From contig CBEUCC010000002.1 of the NCBI GenBank assembly GCA_965541515.1, positions 1-54,327 of the forward strand: a DNA stretch of 54,327 nt, in the 5' to 3' direction. The notes under the pieces were generated by a model. The model was not told the origin of the DNA. It saw nothing but the letters and a program-made list of their open reading frames with translations, and did no database searches. The position numbers were made by a program, and so were the translations under genes. Shown here one piece after another: positions 23,832 through 31,484 of this stretch. This DNA comes from an uncultured Thermoplasmata archaeon (GTDB lineage Archaea; Thermoplasmatota; DTKX01; DATEUP01). Within the stretch, counting starts at the first letter, position 1, and every line of letters begins with the position of its first letter.

Positions 23832-25871
23832 ATGAAGCGGCGCGAAATGCTCACGGCCCTCGATGTCCTTGCCGTCGCGCGCGAACTTGACGCGCGCCTC
23901 AAAGGGGCATTCGTCGACAAGGTGTACCAGCTCGGCCCCGACGACGTGCTGCTCAAAGTCAAATTGAAAGGGGAGCGCGGGAAGTCCAACCTGCTCATCC
24001 TGGGCGGGCGGCGCGCGTACCTCACCGCGCTGGAGGTCACGAGCCCGCAGAGCCCCACGTCGTTTGCCGCCGGCATGCGCAAGCGCATCGCCAACGCGGT
24101 GATCGAGTCGGTGGAGCAGGTGGGGTTTGACCGGATGCTCTGCTTCCGGTTGGGGAAGGGCCCGCTTTCGTTCGAGCTGATGGTCGAGCTGCTCCCCGAC
24201 GGAACGGTCTCGCTCCTTGAGGACGGCGTGATCGCGCTTGTCGCCAAGCCCAAGGTGTTCAAGGGCCGCAAGGTGACCCCCAAGAACCCGTATGTCCCGC
24301 CCAAGCCCAACGCTGACCCGCGGGGGATGGACGCCACAGGCCTGGCGCAGGCCGCCGGTACCGGGCCGGTGGGCCGGGCCCTTGCCCGTGGCGTGGGACT
24401 TGGGCCCGGGCTTGCAGAGGAGGTCCTGGCCCGCGCACGCCTGGACCCAACGCGCGGCGCGGGCGACCTCTCGCCTGAGGATTGGCTGCATGTCCACGAC
24501 GCGCTCGAGAAGATCATCGGAGATGCACACGACAACGCCGCGCCACACGCGCTCGTCGCGGGGGACCAGATGACGGAGTTCAGCCCCATCCCCCTGCGCC
24601 GGTGGGGGGACGCAACCACCCGTCCATTCGAGTCGATGAGCGCGCTCTTCGACGCCTACTTCGGTCCATACGACGCGGACAAGGCGGACTCGGAGCAGAC
24701 CAAACAGACGGCGGAGGGGGCAGAGGTCGCGCGGCTAGAGCGCGTGCTCGCGCAGCAGCGCGAGGCCGACACGACTGCAACCACTGATGTCGCGCGTGCC
24801 CAGGCGGCGGCGGAGGCGATCTACGCGAACTTCCCCGCCCTGGAGGCTCTCCTTGTGGCCGCGCCCCGCGGGACAGGCGGCGCGGCGCTCCAGGAGGCGG
24901 CAGCCAAGGCCGGCCTCCAAGGTGCGCAGGTCGAAGGCGCCCGCGAGAGCCGCGCGGTGAAACTCTCGCTCAAGGGTCCGGACGGGCAGGTGCACCGGGT
25001 GGAGGTGGCACTCGGCGCCACGGTGATCGGGGCGGCCCAGAGCTACTACGAGCAGGCGTCGCGTGCCAAGGAGAAACAAAAAGGGGCGCTCGAGGCAATG
25101 GCCGATACGGAGCGGGCGCTCAAGGGCGCGCGGAGGCGGCATGCGTCGAGGGAGGGGGAGTTCGAGCAGGCGCGCCGCGACCGTCGGCGCGCCAAAGAGG
25201 CCGGAGTCCCGCCGCCGCCGCGCCGGCGCGAGTGGTTCGAGCGCTACCGGTGGATGCACACGACCGACGGGCACCTCGTGCTCGCGGGGCGCGACGCAGC
25301 GACCAACGACACGGTCGTCAAGAAGTACCTCAAACCCGGCGACCGCTACGCGCACGCCGACATCCACGGGGCGCCGAGCGTCGTGGCCAAGCGGAAAGAG
25401 GGCGAGGGGGAGATCCCCAACCAGGCCATGGAGGAGGCGTGCGCCTTTGGCGCGATCCACTCCCGCGCGTGGTCGTCGGGTGCCGGTGAAGTCGCGGCCT
25501 ACTGGGTGCTACCCGACCAGGTGTCCAAGACGCCCGAGAGCGGAGAGCACCTCCCGCGCGGCGCCTTCGTGATCCGGGGGAAGCGCAACACCGTCCGCCA
25601 CGTCCCGATGCGCGCGGCCGTCGGGGGGCTGTCGATGAAGACGGAGCGCAAGGCAGTATGTGGCCCGGTCGAAGCGATTCTGGCCCACTGCGACAAGGCC
25701 GTGCTTATCGGGCCGGGAAAGCGCAAGGGGACGGACGTGGCCAAGGAGCTTGCCATTGTTCTGCGCGTGCACGCCGACGAGGTCGCGCGCGCGCTGCCGC
25801 CGGGCGGTTGCGAGGTGCTCGGCCCTGCCAGGCCGCGCGGTGGCGGAACGGCGGCGTCCGAGGAAGAATAG
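23832..25871 (+). CDS. NFACT-family (FbpA/Rqc2/RqcH-like) ribosome-quality-control protein
   Basis: From ATG 23832 the N-terminus reads 'LTALDVLAVARELDARLKGAFVDKVYQ' (NFACT-N-like). A coiled-coil lies in the middle. The NFACT-R/DUF814-like segment is 'WMHTTDGHLVLAGRDAATNDTVVKKYLKPGDRYAHADIHGAPSVV'. The ORF-track start 23637 runs antisense through the tRNA and is rejected. Confidence 0.85.
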   Translation: MKRREMLTALDVLAVARELDARLKGAFVDKVYQLGPDDVLLKVKLKGERGKSNLLILGGRRAYLTALEVTSPQSPTSFAAGMRKRIANAVIESVEQVGFDRMLCFRLGKGPLSFELMVELLPDGTVSLLEDGVIALVAKPKVFKGRKVTPKNPYVPPKPNADPRGMDATGLAQAAGTGPVGRALARGVGLGPGLAEEVLARARLDPTRGAGDLSPEDWLHVHDALEKIIGDAHDNAAPHALVAGDQMTEFSPIPLRRWGDATTRPFESMSALFDAYFGPYDADKADSEQTKQTAEGAEVARLERVLAQQREADTTATTDVARAQAAAEAIYANFPALEALLVAAPRGTGGAALQEAAAKAGLQGAQVEGARESRAVKLSLKGPDGQVHRVEVALGATVIGAAQSYYEQASRAKEKQKGALEAMADTERALKGARRRHASREGEFEQARRDRRRAKEAGVPPPPRRREWFERYRWMHTTDGHLVLAGRDAATNDTVVKKYLKPGDRYAHADIHGAPSVVAKRKEGEGEIPNQAMEEACAFGAIHSRAWSSGAGEVAAYWVLPDQVSKTPESGEHLPRGAFVIRGKRNTVRHVPMRAAVGGLSMKTERKAVCGPVEAILAHCDKAVLIGPGKRKGTDVAKELAIVLRVHADEVARALPPGGCEVLGPARPRGGGTAASEEE

Positions 25872-25995
25872 CCCTCGACGTGGCCCAGGGGCGGTCTTCC
25901 CCCGCTCGGACGGCTGGGAACGGCCGGGCACGGGTGGGCCACGGCGCCCTACAACCGCGAAGCCTTATCTGGGGCGCCCCGGCTTGGCATGGGTG

Positions 25996-26928
25996 ATGCG
26001 GAAGCAGGCTGCGACCCTGGCCGTGGCGCTCCTGGTCGCCACGGCCCTCGTGCCGGGAGCTGCCGTGGCCGACCGGGCGGCCGAGGATACGCCCGTGGCC
26101 GGGACCTGGGTCAACTCCACCGTCACCATCGTGACGAATTTCGGGACAATCGTCGCCATGCTCTACGACGAGGGCGCGCCCGTAACGGTCGAGAACTTCC
26201 TGGACCTGGCGACGAGCGGCTTCTACGACGGGATCAGGTTCCACCGCATCGTCGACGACTTCGTCATCCAGACCGGCGACCCGAACACCAAGGACAGCAA
26301 CCCCTACAACGACGGAACGGGCGGCTCGTCGCAGACCATCCCGCTCGAGACGGACGAGAACCTGACCCACGTGGACGGGGCGCTCGGGATGGCGCGGTCC
26401 AACGACCCGGACTCGGCCTCGTCCCAGTTCTATATCTGCGACGGACCCCAGAACGGCCTCGACGGGAACTACGCGGTCTTCGGTGTCGTGGTCCAGGGGA
26501 TTGAGGTCGTCCGTCAGATCGCTTCGCAGCCTGTGTGGGGCCTCAAGCGCCCCGCCATCCAGCAGCAGCCGATCAGCGACATCATCATGGAGAGCGTCAC
26601 GGCGGAGTTCGGCTACGAGCAGCCCGCCGAGCCCGGCGCAGGCGGGGGCGGCGGAATCCTGGACGACATCGCGTGGCTGGGGGGAGGCGACAGCGAGTTC
26701 GGCGCGAGCATTCTGGCGATTATCGTCATTGCCCTGATCGGCGCGTTCTCCGTGGCGTCCTTCCGACGCGGCGCCTGGCGGATCCTTGGTTCCTACGGGT
26801 CCGACGTCAGGCGGGTGCCCATTGCGCGGCGGGGCCTTGCCGGCACGCGCGACTTCACGCGGCGCGTGGGGGCCGGCGCAAGGAAGTCGATTGCCATCGC
26901 GCGCATGGGGCTGCCGCGTCGCCGGTGA
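25996..26928 (+). CDS. cyclophilin-type peptidyl-prolyl cis-trans isomerase, secreted and C-terminally membrane-anchored
   Basis: Signal-like segment is 'AATLAVALLVATALVPGAAVA'. Cyclophilin core motifs are 'FHRIVDDFVIQTGDP' and 'GALGMARSNDPDSASSQFYI'. A Gly-rich linker leads to the TM segment 'ASILAIIVIALIGAFSVASF' and a basic tail. Confidence 0.85.
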   Translation: MRKQAATLAVALLVATALVPGAAVADRAAEDTPVAGTWVNSTVTIVTNFGTIVAMLYDEGAPVTVENFLDLATSGFYDGIRFHRIVDDFVIQTGDPNTKDSNPYNDGTGGSSQTIPLETDENLTHVDGALGMARSNDPDSASSQFYICDGPQNGLDGNYAVFGVVVQGIEVVRQIASQPVWGLKRPAIQQQPISDIIMESVTAEFGYEQPAEPGAGGGGGILDDIAWLGGGDSEFGASILAIIVIALIGAFSVASFRRGAWRILGSYGSDVRRVPIARRGLAGTRDFTRRVGAGARKSIAIARMGLPRRR

Positions 26929-27348
26929 TCAGCGCCTGCGGCGGGCGCGCCAGCGCGCGGCGCGCTCCGGCGACGAGCTGTCAAAGAAGAGGGTGTTGCC
27001 ATCCGGGTCGTCCAGCATCGCACTGCCGCGGCCGTTGGGCTGGAGCCCGGCCACGCGGTAGGGCCTTAGTCCCCTCTCACGCAGCCCCTCCACGATGCGG
27101 CCGACATGGCCCCCGCGAAAGTTCATGACGTTCTCGTCGATGTGGCCCTGGTAGAGCCCGAGCCGGAAGTCGCCGCGCTTGAGGATAAGCCACATCTCTT
27201 CGAACTTGCCGCCGATCTCCCGGAAGCCCAGCTTCCGGTAGAACGTGCGCGATCGCGCGATGCCCTTCACGTTGAGGCACATGTCGACGCGCCCCAGGTC
27301 GACCCGCAGGGGGCCGGGGGTCATGGCCTTGCTCGCTTTTTTTGCCAT
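26929..27348 (-). CDS. glyoxalase/bleomycin-resistance (VOC) family protein
   Basis: 139 aa. 'CLNVKGIARSRTFYRKLGFRE' and 'GSAMLDDPDGNTLFF' fit the paired beta-alpha-beta-beta-beta VOC pattern. Its stop abuts the cyclophilin stop in a TGATCA junction. Confidence 0.65.
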   Translation of the reverse strand: MAKKASKAMTPGPLRVDLGRVDMCLNVKGIARSRTFYRKLGFREIGGKFEEMWLILKRGDFRLGLYQGHIDENVMNFRGGHVGRIVEGLRERGLRPYRVAGLQPNGRGSAMLDDPDGNTLFFDSSSPERAARWRARRRR

Positions 27349-27466
27349 TCGGAGTGGCCAGGCAGCCAGGCGATTTGACCGTTTGCGTCACGGCCAGGCG
27401 TGGCCGGGCCCCTCGGCGGCCGGACGGATACGACGGTTGGTCCCCGACCGCAAGCCCGTGCGCTCC

Positions 27467-28465
27467 TCAAGGGGGCACGACCGGCGGGACCGGTGAGACC
27501 GGTGGAACCGGGGGCGGCCCTTCCGGCGGCGGCCCTTCCGGCGGCCGCGCGTTCCGCGAGCGGTGGGACAACGCGAGCAGGAGGACGCCCCCCACCATCG
27601 CGGCCGCCCCGACCAGCTGCCCGGGCGCGAGCCGGTCGCCAATGAGGACGTATCCAAGGACCGCGCCAAAAGCCCCCTGCAAACCGAAGATCGCAGCGGT
27701 ACGGTAGGCGCCGATGTGGCGCAGGGCCGTGTAGAACAGCACGAGCGAAACGCCGATCCCGACGCCGCCGACGAGGAACAGCCCCAGGAGGTGCTCCGAA
27801 GTGAGCGCCAGGCTGGAGCCAGCGGCCAGTGCGACCGCGATGACGATCGGCGCTCCGACCATGTTCTTCCAGGCTGCAATCGCATGGGGCGCGTTGCGCC
27901 GCGCAAGCCCTGTGGAGATCACATTGTCCGAGGCCCAGATGAGCGTCGACAGGATGATGAGCCCGTTTGCGAACAGGTGGGCCATGTCGAACGCGAGGTT
28001 GCCCGCCAGCGAGAGGGCGACGGCCCCGGCCACGACGACCCCAACTGCCGTGAGGTCGAGGCCGGAGGCGCGCTCGCGCAGGATCGCGACGGCCAGCATT
28101 ACCGTGAAGACGGTCTCTGCGTTGACGAGGACGGCGGCCTCCGACGCGGTCGTCTGGAGGAGCGCGAAGAAGTAGATCACCGGGGCGAGCGCTGCGCCAA
28201 GGAGCGCAATCGCGACGAGCCGCGGCCGGTCCTGCTTCGAGAACTTGGGCCGCCCGGCAAGCGGCATGATCACGAGCGCCGCGAAGAGGTTCGCGAACCC
28301 CGCGGTGACGAGGGGGTCTACGTCGGACAGGAACAGGGTCGCGCCGACGGGGATGAGGCTCGCGAGCGCTCCGGCCCCGAGGGCGGCGCCGTATCCAAGT
28401 TTGTGGTTGCGCGAGGCGGCCGCGCTGTCCTCTTCGGCACCGACCACGCGGCGCAGGTCGTCCAT
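27467..28465 (-). CDS. EamA/DMT-family transporter with a Pro-rich C-terminal tail
   Basis: From ATG 28465 I count about 10 hydrophobic helices in two similar halves. The tail 'PPEGPPPEGPPPVPPVSPVPPVVPP' is encoded partly by a 15-bp x2 repeat at 27513-27542. Confidence 0.8.
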   Translation of the reverse strand: MDDLRRVVGAEEDSAAASRNHKLGYGAALGAGALASLIPVGATLFLSDVDPLVTAGFANLFAALVIMPLAGRPKFSKQDRPRLVAIALLGAALAPVIYFFALLQTTASEAAVLVNAETVFTVMLAVAILRERASGLDLTAVGVVVAGAVALSLAGNLAFDMAHLFANGLIILSTLIWASDNVISTGLARRNAPHAIAAWKNMVGAPIVIAVALAAGSSLALTSEHLLGLFLVGGVGIGVSLVLFYTALRHIGAYRTAAIFGLQGAFGAVLGYVLIGDRLAPGQLVGAAAMVGGVLLLALSHRSRNARPPEGPPPEGPPPVPPVSPVPPVVPP

Positions 28466-28530
28466 CCGCGGCACGCGCTTTCCTCCCCGCGAGCGACGCG
28501 CTCGGGCGCGCGCGTTATTGCCCACGCCCA

Positions 28531-28818
28531 CTAGAGCTTGGAGAGGAGCGAATCCATGGTCTGCGGGTTGCCGATCGGCCCGGTGTCCGCGGCAAACTCG
28601 ATGATGTCTCGCAGAAGGGCGGATTCCTCATAGCCGAAGTCGAGCCCGCGGTCGCCGTCCATCTTCTCCAGAAAGCCGGCGATGATCGGCTCGTCGTCCA
28701 CTGCACAGTTGTCGATTGCGTACTCCAGCGTGCGCCGGAGCAGCGCTGCTTCACGGTGGCTCAGTTCCAACGATGGCAAATTTGACGGCCCCCCTGCGGG
28801 GGGGCCAGATATGGCCAT
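28531..28818 (-). CDS. hypothetical small acidic helical protein
   Basis: This is the last 95 codons of the 348-aa ORF. An internal duplicated helix motif reads 'HREAALLRRTLEYAIDN' and 'YEESALLRDIIEFAADT'. The start is uncertain (ATG 28818, or TTG 28779/28770). An A/T-rich box abuts ATG 28818 on this strand. Confidence 0.45.
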   Translation of the reverse strand: MAISGPPAGGPSNLPSLELSHREAALLRRTLEYAIDNCAVDDEPIIAGFLEKMDGDRGLDFGYEESALLRDIIEFAADTGPIGNPQTMDSLLSKL

Positions 28819-29020
28819 ATTTGATAAACGTTCTGAGCGGGGAGCTACGAGGTGACAGGTGCCTCCCCCCCGCGGCCGCTGACCCGCGTGTTCGGGGCTT
28901 GCCGTTGATCGTTGGTTTTTAGGCGATTTGGCCATCAAACCCGGACAAGCGCCCGATCCTGGCGCCAGCCGTGCCTGGACTCCCGGGATCGGGGGGCCGC
29001 ACGGCACGGGCCAGCAAGGG

Positions 29021-29026
29021 TTTATT
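29021..29026 (+). promoter_or_regulatory. TATA-box-like element upstream of the archaeosortase-like gene
   Basis: 'TTTATT' lies 24 nt upstream of ATG 29050, the spacing expected for a leaderless archaeal transcript. Confidence 0.35.
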
Positions 29027-29049
29027 GCAGCGTGCCCGAGGTCTTGCCG

Positions 29050-30285
29050 ATGGCCGAGGCGCAGGCCGGCGGGTGGCGGGGGCCGGTCACCCGAGCCGCC
29101 GCCTGGATGGCCGCAAGCCCAAAGCGCGAGCGGCGCCTGAAGATCCTGGCGGCGCTCCTCGCCTTCCAGGGGACGGCCTTCGTCCTGGTGGCCAACAAGC
29201 TCGTGGTCATCCACCCCGCGTTTGTGGCGGTCGGCTTCGGGATGATCGCGGCCGGAGTGTTCCTGCTGCTCCTGCGCGAGCTTGACGCGGTCGCCCGCGG
29301 CGTCCCGGCGGGTGGGCCGGCCGCAGGGGCGGTCGAAGGCTCCCCCCCGGCCGAGGGCGCCGCCGAACCGACGCTCGCCGGTCGTCTCGTTGACCGTGTC
29401 ACGCTCCGTGGGCGGTTGAACTCCGTGTTCGCGCTCATCGGCCTCGCCGTCATCGGACTCGACCTCCTTTACAACCAGTACCTCTCGGCGACCCCCGCGA
29501 TCCTCTCGACCGACGTAGTCGTCCTGGGGCTTGGCGTCGTCCTCGTCGCGTTCCCCTTCGTCCCTGGGCGGTTCCACCGTGAGCGCAACTTCGCGGTCCT
29601 GTTCTTCGCGTCCCTTGCCCTCTTCTTCGGGGTCCCGCTCCTACTCCTGCGCGCAGGACAGGACCCGTACGCCAGCGTCGACGAGTACACGGCCGCCCTG
29701 CTCGCCCCGCAGCTCTCGTGGCTCGTGAACCTCTTCGGGATGGGCTCCACCTACTCGGGCAACATCCTCTACTATTTTGACCAGACGAACGGCACCCTCG
29801 CCTCCGTTTACATCGCGACGAGTTGCTCCGGGCTCTACTCGATGGGCATCTTCATCTCCGCGTTCCTCGCGCTCGTGGTGACCGAGTACACGCGGCTATC
29901 CTGGCGCGTCGGTGCGCTCATGGGCCTTGGCGTCCTCATCGCGTACCTCGCGAACCTGCTGCGGATGGGGATCATCGTCGAGGTCGGCTACAGCTTCGGC
30001 GGCGAAGCGCTGCTGTGGACGCACGCGAACCTCGGCGACCTCATCTTCCTCCTGTGGGTCGCGCCGTTCGTGTGGCTCTCCTACCGGGTGCTGGACCCGC
30101 GCGCGGGCGACGGCCCGTCCTTGGACCGGGTGGCGTTCGAGCAGGCCCTACGTGAACAGGGCATCGAGCCCGACACCATCGGTGAGAGTGACTGGTTCTG
30201 CGCCGCGTGCTTCCTGCGCATCGACGGCCCGGACGCCGGTGCCGAGGGCGGATCCTGCCCCCGGTGCGGCGAGTCGCTGGCTTGA
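29050..30285 (+). CDS. archaeosortase/exosortase (EpsH)-family integral membrane transpeptidase with a C-terminal zinc ribbon
   Basis: Polytopic membrane protein. The family Cys/Arg/His signature contexts are 'ATSCSGLYSMGIF', 'ANLLRMGIIVEVGY' and 'WTHANLGDLIFLLWVAPF'. The C-terminal motif is 'CAAC-x15-CPRC'. ATG 29106 is an alternative start. Confidence 0.75.
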   Translation: MAEAQAGGWRGPVTRAAAWMAASPKRERRLKILAALLAFQGTAFVLVANKLVVIHPAFVAVGFGMIAAGVFLLLLRELDAVARGVPAGGPAAGAVEGSPPAEGAAEPTLAGRLVDRVTLRGRLNSVFALIGLAVIGLDLLYNQYLSATPAILSTDVVVLGLGVVLVAFPFVPGRFHRERNFAVLFFASLALFFGVPLLLLRAGQDPYASVDEYTAALLAPQLSWLVNLFGMGSTYSGNILYYFDQTNGTLASVYIATSCSGLYSMGIFISAFLALVVTEYTRLSWRVGALMGLGVLIAYLANLLRMGIIVEVGYSFGGEALLWTHANLGDLIFLLWVAPFVWLSYRVLDPRAGDGPSLDRVAFEQALREQGIEPDTIGESDWFCAACFLRIDGPDAGAEGGSCPRCGESLA

Positions 30286-30303
30286 ACCGGCGCGCCAACA
30301 ACC

Positions 30304-30309
30304 TTTAAA
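30304..30309 (+). promoter_or_regulatory. TATA-box-like element (palindromic CCTTTAAAGG) upstream of rpl10e
   Basis: 'TTTAAA' lies 42 nt upstream of GTG 30351. A 'GAGGT' Shine-Dalgarno-like sequence at 30339-30343 lies between them. Confidence 0.45.
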
Positions 30310-30350
30310 GGGGAGCCGGGCATCGCGGCGTCCCCAGCGAGGTTGTCACC

Positions 30351-30866
30351 GTGGCGACGAAACCCGCACGCATGTACCGGCGCGTCATCGGCCAAGCCTA
30401 CACGCGGCGTGAGTACATGGGCGGCGTCCCGCACGACCGGATCGTCCAGTACAACATGGGCGACCCCAACGGTAAGTTCGACGTCGAGTTGAAGTTGATC
30501 GGCCAGGAGATGTGCCAGATCCGCCACAGCGCGCTCGAGTCCTGCCGTGTGGCGGCGGGCCGGGTGCTCCTCAAGGGAGGCGCGACGAACTTCCACCTGC
30601 GCATCAACATCTACCCCCATAACGTGCTCCGCGAGAACAAGGTCGCAACGGGTGCCGGGGCCGACCGTATCTCCCAGGGGATGCGCTCCGCCTTCGGGAA
30701 GCCCATCGGCACGGCCGCGCGCGTCTTCCCGGGCGCCGAGCTCATCACGGTGCGCACGTCGGCGACGAACTTCGCGCGCGGCAAGGAAGCGCTGCGCAAG
30801 GCAGCATTCAAGCTGCCGACCCCCTGCCGGATCGTCGTGACGCAGGGCGCCAACCTGATCAAGTAG
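30351..30866 (+). CDS. rpl10e: 50S ribosomal protein L10e (uL16)
   Basis: 'ARMYRRVIGQAYTRREYMGGVP...' and 'HNVLRENKVATGAGADRISQGMRSAFGKPIG' are the typical archaeal/eukaryotic L10e sequence. Confidence 0.95.
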   Translation: MATKPARMYRRVIGQAYTRREYMGGVPHDRIVQYNMGDPNGKFDVELKLIGQEMCQIRHSALESCRVAAGRVLLKGGATNFHLRINIYPHNVLRENKVATGAGADRISQGMRSAFGKPIGTAARVFPGAELITVRTSATNFARGKEALRKAAFKLPTPCRIVVTQGANLIK

Positions 30867-31449
30867 TCGGCGGGACCCGGTACTCCGGGGTCGGCTGCAG
30901 GACCTCGCGGATTTCGATGGTCGTCCACCCCTCCTCGAGGTTGCCCTGCACGTAGCGTGTGGTCGTCCACTGCGGGCCCGCCTCCCGGTAGGAGAGGTCG
31001 ACCGTCGGGTGCTGGGCAAAGCCCGAAGCGTTCAGGAAGACGCGCACCGCCAGCTGGCCGCGCGCCGAGTGCCCTTCGGTGGAGAACGCGAGGCTCAGCG
31101 GCTCGAACGTGGGGAGCGTACACATGACCGAGAGGTCGCCAACGCCCTCCACGCGCAAGACCTCGCCGTAGGTTGACCCGTCGCGCGCGGGCGCCGACTG
31201 GTTGCCCAGGAACCGGCACGCAGAGTCCACCTGCCCGTCTGCTGGAAGCGGCAGGAGGAGTGTGTAGGGGTGGCCGGCGTCCTCGGTGAATGTCAGGATG
31301 TACGTGTACTCGTGGTCGGGCGCTCGGGACGCGACAAGGACGCCGGCGGCCACGATGAGCGCGGATGCGGCGACCGCCCCGAAGGTGATGAAACCCCGGC
31401 GCGTCCAGCGCGCGTCCGCAGCGGGGTCGCGCGGCGCGATGCCTGACAC
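30859..31449 (-). CDS. hypothetical N-terminally anchored extracytoplasmic protein
   Basis: From GTG 31449 the TM segment is 'GFITFGAVAASALIVAAGVLVA', followed by a beta-rich domain of about 160 aa. The upstream 90 codons of the ORF are Arg-rich and overlap the divergent gene region. I recognise no family. Confidence 0.4.
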   Translation of the reverse strand: MSGIAPRDPAADARWTRRGFITFGAVAASALIVAAGVLVASRAPDHEYTYILTFTEDAGHPYTLLLPLPADGQVDSACRFLGNQSAPARDGSTYGEVLRVEGVGDLSVMCTLPTFEPLSLAFSTEGHSARGQLAVRVFLNASGFAQHPTVDLSYREAGPQWTTTRYVQGNLEEGWTTIEIREVLQPTPEYRVPPTT

Positions 31450-31484
31450 GGGGCGCCCCACCGCCCCCGCGCGGATTTCTAGGT

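Noticed and set aside
28819-29577. Upstream 250 codons of the 348-aa minus-strand ORF 28531..29577
   Set aside because: It overlaps the archaeosortase-like gene in antisense and is Arg/Gly/Asp/Pro-rich. Only the last 95 codons look like a real protein.
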